Assembly (NCBI GenBank): GCA_965223265.1
Contig: OZ244999.1
Span: forward strand, 5,760,001-5,824,000
Reading direction: 5' to 3'
Length of the DNA stretch: 64,000 bases
Origin: Planctomycetota bacterium
GTDB lineage: Bacteria > Planctomycetota > UBA8108 > SXIK01
Shown here: piece by piece, positions 38,179 to 48,543 of the stretch
Layout: each line of letters starts with the position of its first letter
Numbering within the stretch: the stretch's first letter is position 1
The notes under the pieces: model-generated
What the model was told of the DNA's origin: nothing
Seen by the model: the letters and a program-made list of their open reading frames with translations, nothing else
Databases searched by the model: none
Program-made: the position numbers and the translations under genes

Positions 38179-39879
38179 ATGCAGCGCCGAGAATTCCTAC
38201 AACAAGTGGGTGTGGCAGCGCTCGCCGCAGCGCCGCAGGGAGCTGGGCATGGCGCCAACGCGGCAGCGGCTCTGCACGAACGAGAGCGTGCGCCGAAGGT
38301 GTTCGTCTACGACGATGGACGCCACGGAGCACCGCTCTATCAATACGCGCCGCCCCTCTCACCCGAAGACTTCGTCTTCTCGATCGACCAACTGGTCGAC
38401 GCTGGCGCCGATGCGATCGTCTACATGGTCGGCCTTGAAGGCGGCGTTGCGCTCTACGACAGCCGTGTGGCGCAGAAGTGGGGTGACAACACGAAGAAGT
38501 GGAACCATCCCGTCTTTTACCGAGCCGCGCGTCACCTGCGAGCTCTCATCGAGTCGGGACACGACCCACTCGATCTGCTGTGCGAGCGCGCGCACGCCAA
38601 GGGTCTCCACTTCATAGCAGCGAACTGGGTAGCGCTCGAAGGCGGCGACACACCGCAAGTGCGTGGACACGGGCGCAAGTCGGACTTCGTGTACGACCAC
38701 CCACAGTATCAAGTCGGCAGCGACAGCCATCGCCTCGCCGAGCATGTTCATCCGCACCGCCTTAGCTTCCTGCATGAAGCGGTTCGCGAGGAACGCTTCC
38801 GTGTCTATGAAGAACTGCTCGCGCGCTATGCCACCGACGGAGTCGAGCTCAACCTCCTCGACCTCGCTCCATTCTGCAGATTCGGCGAAGTCGAACGACT
38901 CGCGCCACTCCTGACCGCTTGGCTGCGTCGGTTGAAGAGCAGCGCGGCGAGCGCGGCTGCCGCTCAGGGACGCGCAAAGCGCATCTACGCGCGGATTCCG
39001 GCGCTCGAGTCAGCTTGGCGCCTGTTCGGTTACGACGTCGCGACGTGGGTGCGTGACGGCCTGGTCGACGGGCTGGTCTGTTGTCCGGGGCTCATGGAAG
39101 CGCCGCTCGAGCACAACTTCGATCTCTCCCACCTCGTTGCGTTGGCGCGAGGCACGTCCTGCCAAATCGTTCATGGCTTCAGTGACCTCTTGGGTCGCCA
39201 ACTGAGGCGCGCTGCGACGCAGCCGATGGTGTGGGCCGCCGCGGCAAACGCATACGCCCAGGGCGCCGATGGCTTCGCGATTGTCGAGTACCACTGGACG
39301 CCGAACGGCTGGCCGCTGACCGAAAAGGACCACGGCACGCTGCGCCTACTCAGCCACCGAGACCTACTCGCGACAGCCGACAAGCTCTATCGAGTCCGTT
39401 CTCTCATGCGAGGTCGTACAGAAGGCGAGTGGCTGCCGGGAGCGAGCTCTCCTTTGCCGCAACCGCTCCAGACGGGGACAGCGGTGAACGTGGAGATGCG
39501 GATCTCCGATGATCTACAGCGTTGGCATAGCGAAGGGCGACTCGAAGAAGTGAAGCTGAGGGTCCGCATCACGAGTATTGAGCCATCTCTCAACGACGTT
39601 CGTGTTGAGCTCAATGGCGAGGCGTTCTCGAGCGAACACCTAGAGCTGAGCGATCTGACGTATCGCCAGTACGAGCTTGGAGCGCTGAATCCGTACAGCT
39701 TCATCTACGAGTATGCGTTACCTCCAGAATTGTTCCCGCGCGTCGGCGTCAACCAAATTGCGGTGACGCTGCTGAAGCGCGACCCGAACATCGACGTGGA
39801 GTTCAGCGTCTACGACGTCGACTGCAAAATCAGATATCGGCGCCATCGTCACTTTCGCAGCGAGCCGCTCGACTACTGA
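38179..39879 (+). CDS. Tat-exported glycoside-hydrolase-like TIM-barrel protein (GHL10/DUF187-like) with a C-terminal beta domain
   Basis: MQRREFL Tat motif; GHDPLDLLCERAHAKGL, LSFLHEAVRE, YATDGVELN, DVATWVRDGLVD, AYAQGADG. Confidence 0.7.
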   Translation: MQRREFLQQVGVAALAAAPQGAGHGANAAAALHERERAPKVFVYDDGRHGAPLYQYAPPLSPEDFVFSIDQLVDAGADAIVYMVGLEGGVALYDSRVAQKWGDNTKKWNHPVFYRAARHLRALIESGHDPLDLLCERAHAKGLHFIAANWVALEGGDTPQVRGHGRKSDFVYDHPQYQVGSDSHRLAEHVHPHRLSFLHEAVREERFRVYEELLARYATDGVELNLLDLAPFCRFGEVERLAPLLTAWLRRLKSSAASAAAAQGRAKRIYARIPALESAWRLFGYDVATWVRDGLVDGLVCCPGLMEAPLEHNFDLSHLVALARGTSCQIVHGFSDLLGRQLRRAATQPMVWAAAANAYAQGADGFAIVEYHWTPNGWPLTEKDHGTLRLLSHRDLLATADKLYRVRSLMRGRTEGEWLPGASSPLPQPLQTGTAVNVEMRISDDLQRWHSEGRLEEVKLRVRITSIEPSLNDVRVELNGEAFSSEHLELSDLTYRQYELGALNPYSFIYEYALPPELFPRVGVNQIAVTLLKRDPNIDVEFSVYDVDCKIRYRRHRHFRSEPLDY

Positions 39880-39888
39880 GGCGAGACC

Positions 39889-40914
39889 GTGGAAAAGACA
39901 ACGAGGCGACAATGGTTGGTCGCAGCAGGTGCCACAGGCATCAGCGCTCTCGGCTCGACACTTGCATGCTCCCAGCGCGAACCTCGGCAAGCGAGCGCGT
40001 CAGCACCGCAAAACACGCCACGAATTCCAGGCGTCGCAGAATCGAAATCCCCGGCGGTCTTCGATGCGCACGTCCACGTGTGGACTGCCGACACAACGCG
40101 GTACCCTCCTGCGCCTGGATTCGACCGATCCGATTTCTGGTTTCCGAGCTTTAGCGTCGAAGAACTGCTTGCCGCCGCGCGGCCATACGGCGTCACGCAC
40201 ATCAACTTTGTGCAAATGACCTGGTACGGCCTCGACCACACTTACATCGTCGATGCCATCGCAAAGGATCCGAAGCATCTCGTCGGCACGGGTGTCGTCC
40301 CGGCCGTCACGGACGTCGGTGGGCCTAGCCCGGACCGCACGATGCTCGACCTCGCCAAACGTGGTGTCGTCGCTTTCCGCATCCGCGGTAAGAGCACACG
40401 ACCACCCCTCGGGGATGGGCCACGCTGGTTAGACCATCCCGGCTACGAAAAAATGTTTCGCACAGCGGCAGAGCACAACTTGGCGCTGAGCTTCCTCATG
40501 GGACCATCAGATATCCCTGAGCTTGATCGTATGTGCGGAAGACATCCCGACGCTCCGGTCATTATCGATCACTTTTGCCTCGTCGGTCGCCAGGGAAATT
40601 TCGACGAGTCGGAGACGAAAGCGCTCGTCGCGATGGCCAAACACCGGCGAGTGTTGCTCAAGATCGGTGCTTTCTACGCGCTAGGAGCGAAGAAGGCCCC
40701 ATATCTCGACATGCTGCCGCTGATGCGCCGCGTTATAGAAGCATTCGGACCGGAGCGATGCATGTGGGAGAGTGACGCCCCGGTGCATCGATCGGCGCCA
40801 CACACTTACGGCGATTCGGTCGCGATCTTGCGTGACCACGCAGATTTTCTTTCGACTGCGGACAAGGAACAAATACTCTTCAAGACGGCACACCGGGCGT
40901 TCTTCGAGCGTTGA
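39889..40914 (+). CDS. Amidohydrolase_2 family protein (sugar lactonase-like), Tat signal
   Basis: TTRRQWL; FDAHVHVW, FVQMTWYGLDH, VIIDHF, FGPERCMWESDAP. Confidence 0.88.
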   Translation: MEKTTRRQWLVAAGATGISALGSTLACSQREPRQASASAPQNTPRIPGVAESKSPAVFDAHVHVWTADTTRYPPAPGFDRSDFWFPSFSVEELLAAARPYGVTHINFVQMTWYGLDHTYIVDAIAKDPKHLVGTGVVPAVTDVGGPSPDRTMLDLAKRGVVAFRIRGKSTRPPLGDGPRWLDHPGYEKMFRTAAEHNLALSFLMGPSDIPELDRMCGRHPDAPVIIDHFCLVGRQGNFDESETKALVAMAKHRRVLLKIGAFYALGAKKAPYLDMLPLMRRVIEAFGPERCMWESDAPVHRSAPHTYGDSVAILRDHADFLSTADKEQILFKTAHRAFFER

Positions 40915-41034
40915 AGAGGATTCGGACTGTGGGCGCGCACCCTCGAAGCGCATCCGCGCGCCAGATTGCGACGCGATTGCAGAGCCTGCGATCGCGTGAC
41001 CACGCAAAAACGATAGACCCTTTGGAGAGATGCA

Positions 41035-42033
41035 ATGAGTGGTTCGATCAGCCGGCGCGGGTTTTTCGGTTCATTGAAGGCGTTCGCCGCCGGAGCCATC
41101 GGCGCCAACCTCGTCAACCCCAGCGCCAACCTCAGCGCTCAACCCCCACGTGGGGATCTACCGATCAGCACAACACCACTGGCAGGAGGCACGCGCCCGT
41201 TCGTTAACCCACAGAAAGTTCTGCTGTGGGAAAGAACGCGCCGCGAAGTCCGTCAATGGCTCGAAAGTGGACAGCTGAAAGCCGCGATCCTACCGACTGG
41301 ATCAGTCGAACAGCACAACGAACACATGGCGATGGTCGCGGACGTCGCGATCGCTACGCTCTTCTCACAGCAGGTGGCGCTCGAGCTCTACCCCCACGTC
41401 ATCGTTGCACCACCGAGCCCCTGCGGGTTCGCGCCCTACCACATGGCACGCAAGGGCAGCGTCACGCTTCGCAAATCGACCTTTCAAGCCTACGTTTTCG
41501 ATGTCCTTGAGAGCTTGAAGGCTCATGGAATCAAAACAATTCTTGTTCTCAATGGTCACGGCGGCAACCACGCCCCACTGGTCGAAGCGGTAGGCGAGTG
41601 GAGACAGAAACTCGGAATCACACTCGAGGTCGATTCGTACTTCACCGCGCACAGCGGCTACGCCCAGACGATCACGGACTCTCCGCAGCTGACAGCGCAC
41701 GCAGGTGAGGTCGAGACTTCGATGTACATGGCAGCGTTTCCGGGTCGTCTTCGTCGCGTCACCATGAAGGAGTACGACGATGCCAAACTCAACTACGAGT
41801 CCGGCTTTTCGCCAGAGGTGTTGCCGTTTCTCGAACGCGATGGACGCACGACTGCAGAGCGACTCAAGGGAGAGAACAATCGCGACCGTCGCCGTCAGGA
41901 GGAGTCCCAGCTGGCGACAGCCGAAAAGGGTGAGAAGTTAATTCGACGCGGGACGGAGTTCTTCGCTAAGCGACTTCGCGAGATGATCGCCGCAACCGAA
42001 GCTGGAAAGCCGTGGCCCCTCAGTAATGGTTGA
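41035..42033 (+). CDS. Creatininase family protein, Tat signal
   Basis: ISRRGFF; LPTGSVEQHNEH, LNGHGGN, HAGEVETS, ATAEKG. Confidence 0.92.
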   Translation: MSGSISRRGFFGSLKAFAAGAIGANLVNPSANLSAQPPRGDLPISTTPLAGGTRPFVNPQKVLLWERTRREVRQWLESGQLKAAILPTGSVEQHNEHMAMVADVAIATLFSQQVALELYPHVIVAPPSPCGFAPYHMARKGSVTLRKSTFQAYVFDVLESLKAHGIKTILVLNGHGGNHAPLVEAVGEWRQKLGITLEVDSYFTAHSGYAQTITDSPQLTAHAGEVETSMYMAAFPGRLRRVTMKEYDDAKLNYESGFSPEVLPFLERDGRTTAERLKGENNRDRRRQEESQLATAEKGEKLIRRGTEFFAKRLREMIAATEAGKPWPLSNG

Positions 42034-42181
42034 GCCGACTTGCTATCACAGTCTCAACTCCGGGGGCGGTAGGAACTCGAGCGGCTTTTTGCTAAGGTAG
42101 GCAAGTTGCGGGTTGAAGGCTTCGACGTCGACAGCCCGATGAGTCATCGAACACAGTGGCAATCGACGGAAGGCATTCTCC

Positions 42182-42481
42182 ATGCTCAGGGTAGCTCTCG
42201 CGGTGCTTTGGCTCACCGGCTGCGCTTCCCAGACGTGCCACGACACCCATTCAGGATCCAGCCCTGTCGAGATGAACGAGGCGGAGTCGTACCGTCAGTT
42301 GCGCCATGAGCCGTGCGACTTTCGCTGCATAAGGGACACGAGCCGCGGCGTCAAACGAGACGCGTACTGGCAACGTCAAGAACCCCACTCAGACGATTGT
42401 GCCTGTTCGCGAGACTGCCCGTGTTGGAGCGACAGCGCCCTGTTCGAGGAGTCCGAACGGCGCTGGGGCATTTGGTGGTGA
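42182..42481 (+). CDS. Small Cys-rich putative lipoprotein
   Basis: Lipobox LWLTGC; 8 Cys including CACSRDCPC; co-directional with neighbours, ending 38 bp before the next gene. Confidence 0.5.
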   Translation: MLRVALAVLWLTGCASQTCHDTHSGSSPVEMNEAESYRQLRHEPCDFRCIRDTSRGVKRDAYWQRQEPHSDDCACSRDCPCWSDSALFEESERRWGIWW

Positions 42482-42519
42482 CGTAGCGGTGCTGAATAGC
42501 CCCCTCTGGAGGATAGCTG

Positions 42520-43761
42520 ATGACTTCTGCTAATACGACACGGTTGCTCGCCTTCGCTTTGTTGACTCTCATTCCGAGGATCCATGCCGCCGAGGCGCAG
42601 TATGAAAGTCGTTTCATCTTCGACCCCGAGGTCACCAACCGAGGCCACGTCCACGCTTCAGCACTCGTCGAGTGTCCGAACGGCGACCTCCGTGCCGTCT
42701 GGTACGAAAACGGCTCTAAGCTACCGACCCCGCCCTACTACAACGAGCGCCAAGACAAAAGCTCTGACGTCCGCATCGCCGGCAGTAGACGTGGCGCCGG
42801 AGCGAAGGATTGGGACACGCCGTTTGTCACCAGCGACACGTTCGGGGTTTCCGACAACAATCCCACAATGGCGGTCGATCGACAGGGAAGGCTGTGGCTG
42901 TTTCACTCCACGATGCTTGGCACGCCTGAGTGGACGTGGGGAAGTTCGATTCTGCAGTATCGCATATCGTCCGACTTCGACCGCGCGGGGGCTCCAGTGT
43001 GGAACGACGGTGGCCTTTTGCTTCCCCACCCGCAGGGAATCGAGGCGGTGGTCGACCGTATGGCCGAACGACTCGACACGCCCGAGCAAAAGAAACAGAA
43101 GGGCTTCTCAACCGAAAGAGCAAAGGCGTTCGTCGCCCAGCTGAAGCGATGGTCGAAAGATCCGATGCATCGCCGTCTCGGTTGGATGCCGCGCGCCCAT
43201 CCACTCGTACGCGCCGACGGCACACTGGTTGTGCCCTTGTCGAACGAGAATTTCAACATTCCAATGATGGCGATGACCAGCGACGGCGGCGCCACCTGGA
43301 CCTACTCGAATCCAGTTCCGGCCGCAGGACTGACACAGCCGACGCTCGTCGAGTTCGCAGATGGCGAAATCGTCGCGTTTTTCCGCAACAGTGATCCGCG
43401 CCGTAGAGTCCAGCGCGCGAGTTCAGTCGACGGCGGCGTGACTTGGTCCGTCCCAAAGCTGACGGATCGACTCCATCCAGGCGGTGGAATTGACGCGATC
43501 ATTCTAAAGAGCGGACATCTGGCGCTCGTCTACAACAACAAGGAGACAAAACCGCGCGACAAGCTCGCGATTTCGCTTTCTACGGATCGAGGGCGCACGT
43601 GGAGTTGGACGCGCCAGCTCGAGGACACGGCAGGTGGCCGATTCGACTATCCATCGGTCATACAGACGCGCGATGGCAAGATCCACGTGACATACTCCTA
43701 CCATCTGCGAACGATCAAGCATGTTGAATTCAGCGAGGCGTGGATCCGCGAGGCTGATTGA
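42520..43761 (+). CDS. BNR/Asp-box sialidase-like protein (secreted)
   Basis: Signal peptide; HASALVECPNGDL; Asp boxes TSDGGATW, SVDGGVTWS, STDRGRTW; FDYPSVIQTRDGKIHVTYS; RBS GGAGGA. Confidence 0.9.
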   Translation: MTSANTTRLLAFALLTLIPRIHAAEAQYESRFIFDPEVTNRGHVHASALVECPNGDLRAVWYENGSKLPTPPYYNERQDKSSDVRIAGSRRGAGAKDWDTPFVTSDTFGVSDNNPTMAVDRQGRLWLFHSTMLGTPEWTWGSSILQYRISSDFDRAGAPVWNDGGLLLPHPQGIEAVVDRMAERLDTPEQKKQKGFSTERAKAFVAQLKRWSKDPMHRRLGWMPRAHPLVRADGTLVVPLSNENFNIPMMAMTSDGGATWTYSNPVPAAGLTQPTLVEFADGEIVAFFRNSDPRRRVQRASSVDGGVTWSVPKLTDRLHPGGGIDAIILKSGHLALVYNNKETKPRDKLAISLSTDRGRTWSWTRQLEDTAGGRFDYPSVIQTRDGKIHVTYSYHLRTIKHVEFSEAWIREAD

Positions 43762-43826
43762 TCGCATGCCGACTGCCACGCGCAGATCCACGCGGCGAAG
43801 GACGCGAATCCACTTCGAGGGACAGC

Positions 43827-45230
43827 ATGACCAAGAGAAAGTATTCCAAGTGTATAGTTCTCGTTCTGGCAACTGGACTCTTTCACGCAGCCGCAGATGC
43901 TCAAGGAACAAAGGGAACGACGACCTTCAAGCGTATGAAGGAGTACCTCGACTCCGTTCCTGCCATCGACACGCACGAACACCTCATGCCTTTTCAGAAC
44001 TTCCAGACGAAGCCAGGCTCTCGGCGCGGCGCGAACCTTCACACGCTCTGGAAGTCGAGCTACTACACTTGGTACAACCCGTTGACGCCATGGACGGAGT
44101 CGATGCCGTTCGAGGCTTGGTGGCAAAAGGCACGCGAGGATTTCAAAAACGCGCGCGCCACGAGTTTCTACCGCTACCAGCTACCAATTTATGACGACCT
44201 CTATGGCGTCGAGTTCGAGGCGCTGACCGACGAGCAGGCACGCCAGCTCAACGACCGCATCGTCGAGAACTACCGCGACCAAAAGTGGACCTACGAAGTC
44301 ATCACGCAGCGCGCCAACATCGAATTGATCGTCAATGACCCGTTCTGGAATCGCCTCGGCATGGAGACGATTTGGGGTTTCGAGGCACCGGTACTCAACG
44401 TCACCTCGCTGACGCGGGGATACCATCCGTCCTCGTACGTCCGCGCGCCGAATGAAGACCCCTACCTGTATGCCGAAAAGAACAACCTGCCGATCACGAC
44501 GCTCGACGAGTACGTCGCAGTGATTGACACGATTTTCGCGGAAGCCAAGAGACGTGATGTCGTCTGCCTGAAGACGACCCTTGCTTACGAGAGGACGCTT
44601 CGTTTCGAGAACGTACCGAAGGAACGTGCAGCGCCCCACTTCGGCAAGAAGAAGGCGGACCTCTCCGCTGCCGAGATCAAAGAGTTCGAAGACTACATCA
44701 TGTGGCGCCTCGTCGAGCTCAGCGCTAGGCACGACCTACCGTTTCAGATCCACACGGGACAGGCGCGCATCCAGAGTTCCAATCCCCTGCAACTCGTCGA
44801 CATGATCGCGGCCAACCGTGACACCAAGTTCATTCTCTTTCACGGCGGCTACCCATGGGTCGACGACGCTGGGGTCATCGTGCAGCGCCATTCGTCGCAC
44901 GTTTGGATCGACTCGTGCTGGTTGCCGACACTGAGCTACAACATGGCGAAACGCGCCTACCACGAATGGCTCGACGGCATGCCGTCGAACCGCATCCTCT
45001 GGGGCGGCGACTGCCTTCACGCCGATGGTATCTACGGCGCCACCGAATTCACCCGCCGCTGCCTGGCGGAGGTCCTCGCCGAGCGGGTCGATCGTGGCGA
45101 CCTTAAAGAAGAGTACGCGCGCCGCATCGGACGCCAAATTTTGCGCGAGAACGCCCTCGAGCTTTTCCCACCGCTAAAAAAGAAGCTGTGGAAGCATAAG
45201 CAGAAGAGACTCGACGTACCGGCAGAGTAA
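43827..45230 (+). CDS. Amidohydrolase family protein (uronate isomerase-like), secreted
   Basis: Signal peptide; IDTHEHL, LKTTLAYERTL, FQIHTG, LFHGGYPW, WIDSCWLP, WGGD. Confidence 0.85.
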   Translation: MTKRKYSKCIVLVLATGLFHAAADAQGTKGTTTFKRMKEYLDSVPAIDTHEHLMPFQNFQTKPGSRRGANLHTLWKSSYYTWYNPLTPWTESMPFEAWWQKAREDFKNARATSFYRYQLPIYDDLYGVEFEALTDEQARQLNDRIVENYRDQKWTYEVITQRANIELIVNDPFWNRLGMETIWGFEAPVLNVTSLTRGYHPSSYVRAPNEDPYLYAEKNNLPITTLDEYVAVIDTIFAEAKRRDVVCLKTTLAYERTLRFENVPKERAAPHFGKKKADLSAAEIKEFEDYIMWRLVELSARHDLPFQIHTGQARIQSSNPLQLVDMIAANRDTKFILFHGGYPWVDDAGVIVQRHSSHVWIDSCWLPTLSYNMAKRAYHEWLDGMPSNRILWGGDCLHADGIYGATEFTRRCLAEVLAERVDRGDLKEEYARRIGRQILRENALELFPPLKKKLWKHKQKRLDVPAE

Positions 45231-45232
45231 AG

Positions 45233-46684
45233 CTATCGCGCGCCACCTCGCTCGATCACAGCTTTCTCGCGCTCGAGTCGTTCGAACATCGCCTTGAACG
45301 CCGCCGAACCGTCATCATCCCAGTAGTCGGTCGTGACGGGCGCATCGAAGCTCACTGGAAAGAGACGCCGACGATCAGGACGTACCATGAAGAGAGAGTC
45401 GTCCGGATCGTGGAGGTTGTACATCATCGTGCCGTTCGCATAGCGTGTCCTCACGATCCACCTGGGTGCGGGCGGCGGCGGCAGGTTCTTCAGACGATTC
45501 AGTTCGTCTCGATCGAGTGTGACGCCCAAACCAGGCTTCTCGGACACCCGTACCAGTCCGTTGACCGGATCGAGCTTTTCGTTGGTGACGTCCGACTTAA
45601 AGATCTCGCCAGCACTGATGAAGTGAAAGCTGGCAGTTTTGAATGCCGCCTGCATGTGAGTCGTCATCGAGCGAGTGATCGCACCCCCGACGTTTTGTAG
45701 CATGAAGGGGATCTGCGCCGCTGCGAAAAGCCCAGCGCGGCGTCTTGCCACACCTATGTTGGCATGTCCCAACATGTACGCGTCCGCGGCGCGGCGAAGA
45801 ATCTCGTGCGTTGCTCCCATGGGGCTATGGTGAAGCACGACCGGCAGGCGCGTTCGCGCGCGCAAGTCCACGTAGCCCTCGAGATCGCGCGGCTCAAGCG
45901 GATCCTCGAAGCAACCGGAGATCGGGTAGTTCGACATCTTCTCAAGCACTTCGAACATGTGATCGACGGTGCCGCACATCGTGAAATCGAAGTGAAGCCT
46001 GAAGCCCTTCGGAGCCACCGCCTGCATCGCTTCCAGTTGATCGAAGATGTTCTCGAAGGGAGACAGGTGAAACTTGAGCCAGGTGAAGCCGCGAGCGCTG
46101 TGACGCTGGACGGCCTCTGCCATTCTCTTGGGCTGCGTCGAGACGGTCCAGGCCGACACCGGCACCCACTTTCGATAGGCCTGCCCAAAGAGCTTATAGG
46201 CCGGCACCTGCGCCGCCTTGCCCATGAGGTCATACATCGCGGTGCCGAGGCCGAGCGACGTCTCATCACCGACCCAGTCCCACGGGCTTGTACCGATGTA
46301 TTTTTGGATGATGTCATCGGACGCCCGTGAGCCACTCTCGCCAAGCCCTGTAAGACCAGCGTTCGTGTGCACGATATATATGGTCCGCTTCCACGGACCG
46401 TAGTAGTGCATGAGCTGGTACGCGTTCCAGTCATCGAACTCCAGTGTGATGTCGTGAGCCTCGATGTCGGTGATGGTCAGTCGACCATGCGCCGAATCGG
46501 AGCGTTTCTTTGCAGCTAGGGCTGGCGCGGGGCTCGCGAGCTGCCACGCTGCGGCCGCGCCCGTGGCGCCGGCAACCAGCGCCAAACTGCGCGCGAGAAA
46601 ATCGCGGCGCTCAACACACGCACGACTCGACGTGTCATCGACATCAGTTCTTGGGTTCGGCATCGGCCCTAAATCTCGCTGCAT
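45233..46684 (-). CDS. Mandelate racemase/muconate lactonizing (enolase superfamily) enzyme, Tat signal
   Basis: ERRDFL; ITDIEAH, TNAGLTGLGE, AMYDLMGKAAQVPAYKLFG, LKFH, FEDP, PGLGVTLD. Confidence 0.9.
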   Translation of the reverse strand: MQRDLGPMPNPRTDVDDTSSRACVERRDFLARSLALVAGATGAAAAWQLASPAPALAAKKRSDSAHGRLTITDIEAHDITLEFDDWNAYQLMHYYGPWKRTIYIVHTNAGLTGLGESGSRASDDIIQKYIGTSPWDWVGDETSLGLGTAMYDLMGKAAQVPAYKLFGQAYRKWVPVSAWTVSTQPKRMAEAVQRHSARGFTWLKFHLSPFENIFDQLEAMQAVAPKGFRLHFDFTMCGTVDHMFEVLEKMSNYPISGCFEDPLEPRDLEGYVDLRARTRLPVVLHHSPMGATHEILRRAADAYMLGHANIGVARRRAGLFAAAQIPFMLQNVGGAITRSMTTHMQAAFKTASFHFISAGEIFKSDVTNEKLDPVNGLVRVSEKPGLGVTLDRDELNRLKNLPPPPAPRWIVRTRYANGTMMYNLHDPDDSLFMVRPDRRRLFPVSFDAPVTTDYWDDDGSAAFKAMFERLEREKAVIERGGAR

Positions 46685-46773
46685 AGCTGAAGCTCCTGCA
46701 CGGTGTTACAATTCCCTCGAGAGCGCTGGTTGACAGGAAGTGACGACAAACCCAGAAGAAGGAGACCGACGCC

Positions 46774-47094
46774 ATGCTTACCTCGACGACTCCCTCGATC
46801 GAAGGTCACGCCATTGTTACGTACCACGGCGTGGTCACCGGAGAGGCGATCCTTGGCGCCAATATATTCAAAGACTTCTTTGCCGGCATCCGCGATGTCG
46901 TCGGCGGGCGTGCGGCTGCTTACGAAAAGGAGCTCGGCAAGGCACGTCGGATCGCGTTTTCGGAGCTGGAGGCAAAAGCCGCCGAAATCGGCGCCAACGC
47001 AGTTGTCGGCATCGACCTCGACTACGAAACAGTCGGCGCGCAGGGTGGCATGCTCATGGTCAGCGTCAGCGGCACGGCGGTCACTTTGGAGTGA
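46774..47094 (+). CDS. ybjQ: YbjQ/UPF0145 putative heavy-metal-binding protein
   Basis: [64 protein letters not shown]; RBS AGGAG. Confidence 0.93.
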   Translation: MLTSTTPSIEGHAIVTYHGVVTGEAILGANIFKDFFAGIRDVVGGRAAAYEKELGKARRIAFSELEAKAAEIGANAVVGIDLDYETVGAQGGMLMVSVSGTAVTLE

Positions 47095-47109
47095 AAACAC
47101 GGGTCAATA

Positions 47110-48225
47110 CTACCGACTCTTCGCGCACATCACCCAGAGTGGCGTCCCACCGGTCTCATACGTTGTGAGCGATTCGAGCGCGCCCGTCTTCGGGTCAATC
47201 CGGTAGGAAGCCAGCTTCGCATCACCCTGACCAGCCGAGTAAACGTAGCTCCCCGTGACATCGATACAAAACGCGCGCGGGAAACGCGGCGTCGGGTAAT
47301 ACCCGACGATCTTCATGGCACCGCTCTTTGGGTCCAGAGCCACGCCGCACAGCGTGTCGCGGTGCGCTCCTTCCTTGCGCTCCGTTGAATCACGGTTGGA
47401 GACGTAGGCGAATCGACCATCCGGGGTGATCCAGATGTCGGCTCCAGCACTCGTGCCTTCATAGTTCGGCGGCAACGTCGAGAGCGTCTGCGTCAGCTCA
47501 AGCGTGCCGCGATCCGGATCAAACTTCCAGGCGCTGATGCCACCGCCGCGTTCGTTCGAAGTGTACGCCATGTGGAGTTTCGGATGGTGGGCGTAGTGAC
47601 GCGGCTGATGGTAGTAGTGATCTTCGTCTGGTCCGGTGACAAACGCCGGCGTGCTCGGAGTCAGCTGACCGGTGGCAGAGTCGAGCCGAAATTGATAGAC
47701 CTTGTTCGGAGCTGTGTGCGGAACGAAGACGTAACGGCCGGACGGGTCGACCTCAATACAGTGCGCGGTCTTATCCGTTTTTTCTTGGTCGAGGAGCTCG
47801 CTGGTCGCAATGCCATCCGTTATCCGGTAGACGGTGACATCGCCGGCGCCATAGTGAGCCGCCAACAAGTACTTTCCCGCCGCGTCCGTGCAGAGGTACG
47901 GCGCACGGGTGGTCAACGTTGACGTCGCCACAACCCCAAGGGTGTCGTCGGCATTCCGTCGCAAGGTCGTCACGCCGAACTTCCCGTCCGCGAGCGCGCC
48001 GACGACAGCGTAGACAAACGACTGGTCGGGAGAAAATGTCATCGCGCCCGGGCTTACATCGAGATGCGTCGTGTAGCGTTTGGTCAGACCACCAGTGTCT
48101 TGGTCGATTTCGTAGCAAGTGATCGTCTTCTCTTGGTTGGAGGAAAGATAGAGAACCTGGCCGGCAAACGTCGTTGAGGCGAGCAAAGAAGGTAGCACTA
48201 AGGCGAAAAGGACGAATCGAAACAT
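47110..48225 (-). CDS. Lactonase family 7-bladed beta-propeller (6-phosphogluconolactonase-like), secreted
   Basis: Signal peptide; LLAAHYGAG, AHCIEVDPSGRY, QPRHYAHHP, QTLSTLP, ADIWITPDGRFAYVSNR, PRAFCID. Confidence 0.92.
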   Translation of the reverse strand: MFRFVLFALVLPSLLASTTFAGQVLYLSSNQEKTITCYEIDQDTGGLTKRYTTHLDVSPGAMTFSPDQSFVYAVVGALADGKFGVTTLRRNADDTLGVVATSTLTTRAPYLCTDAAGKYLLAAHYGAGDVTVYRITDGIATSELLDQEKTDKTAHCIEVDPSGRYVFVPHTAPNKVYQFRLDSATGQLTPSTPAFVTGPDEDHYYHQPRHYAHHPKLHMAYTSNERGGGISAWKFDPDRGTLELTQTLSTLPPNYEGTSAGADIWITPDGRFAYVSNRDSTERKEGAHRDTLCGVALDPKSGAMKIVGYYPTPRFPRAFCIDVTGSYVYSAGQGDAKLASYRIDPKTGALESLTTYETGGTPLWVMCAKSR

Positions 48226-48543
48226 GCGGTCATTCTCCAATCGTTGAAGTGGAGGTTCTGGAAAGCACCCGCTTCTCGCTACACCGCCGGTCGACGGGAT
48301 TGGCGCAGGGAGGACCCCAGACGAAGTGCTGAAGAGGCGTTGATTCTCGCGTCCAGCGCCCGCGCGTGCAAGATGGCATGGCGACAGTTGCCACGGAGAT
48401 GGGTAGTCCGAGGCTGTCGCGGCTGGCGAGAAACCTGGATTTCAATGGTCTTCTCGGTGCCTCGAAACTAAGCTGATCGTATGCGATGGGAGCTGCCCCT
48501 GGAAGCGGCTCAATGAATCGAATTGTACGATCGAGGAGGTCGC

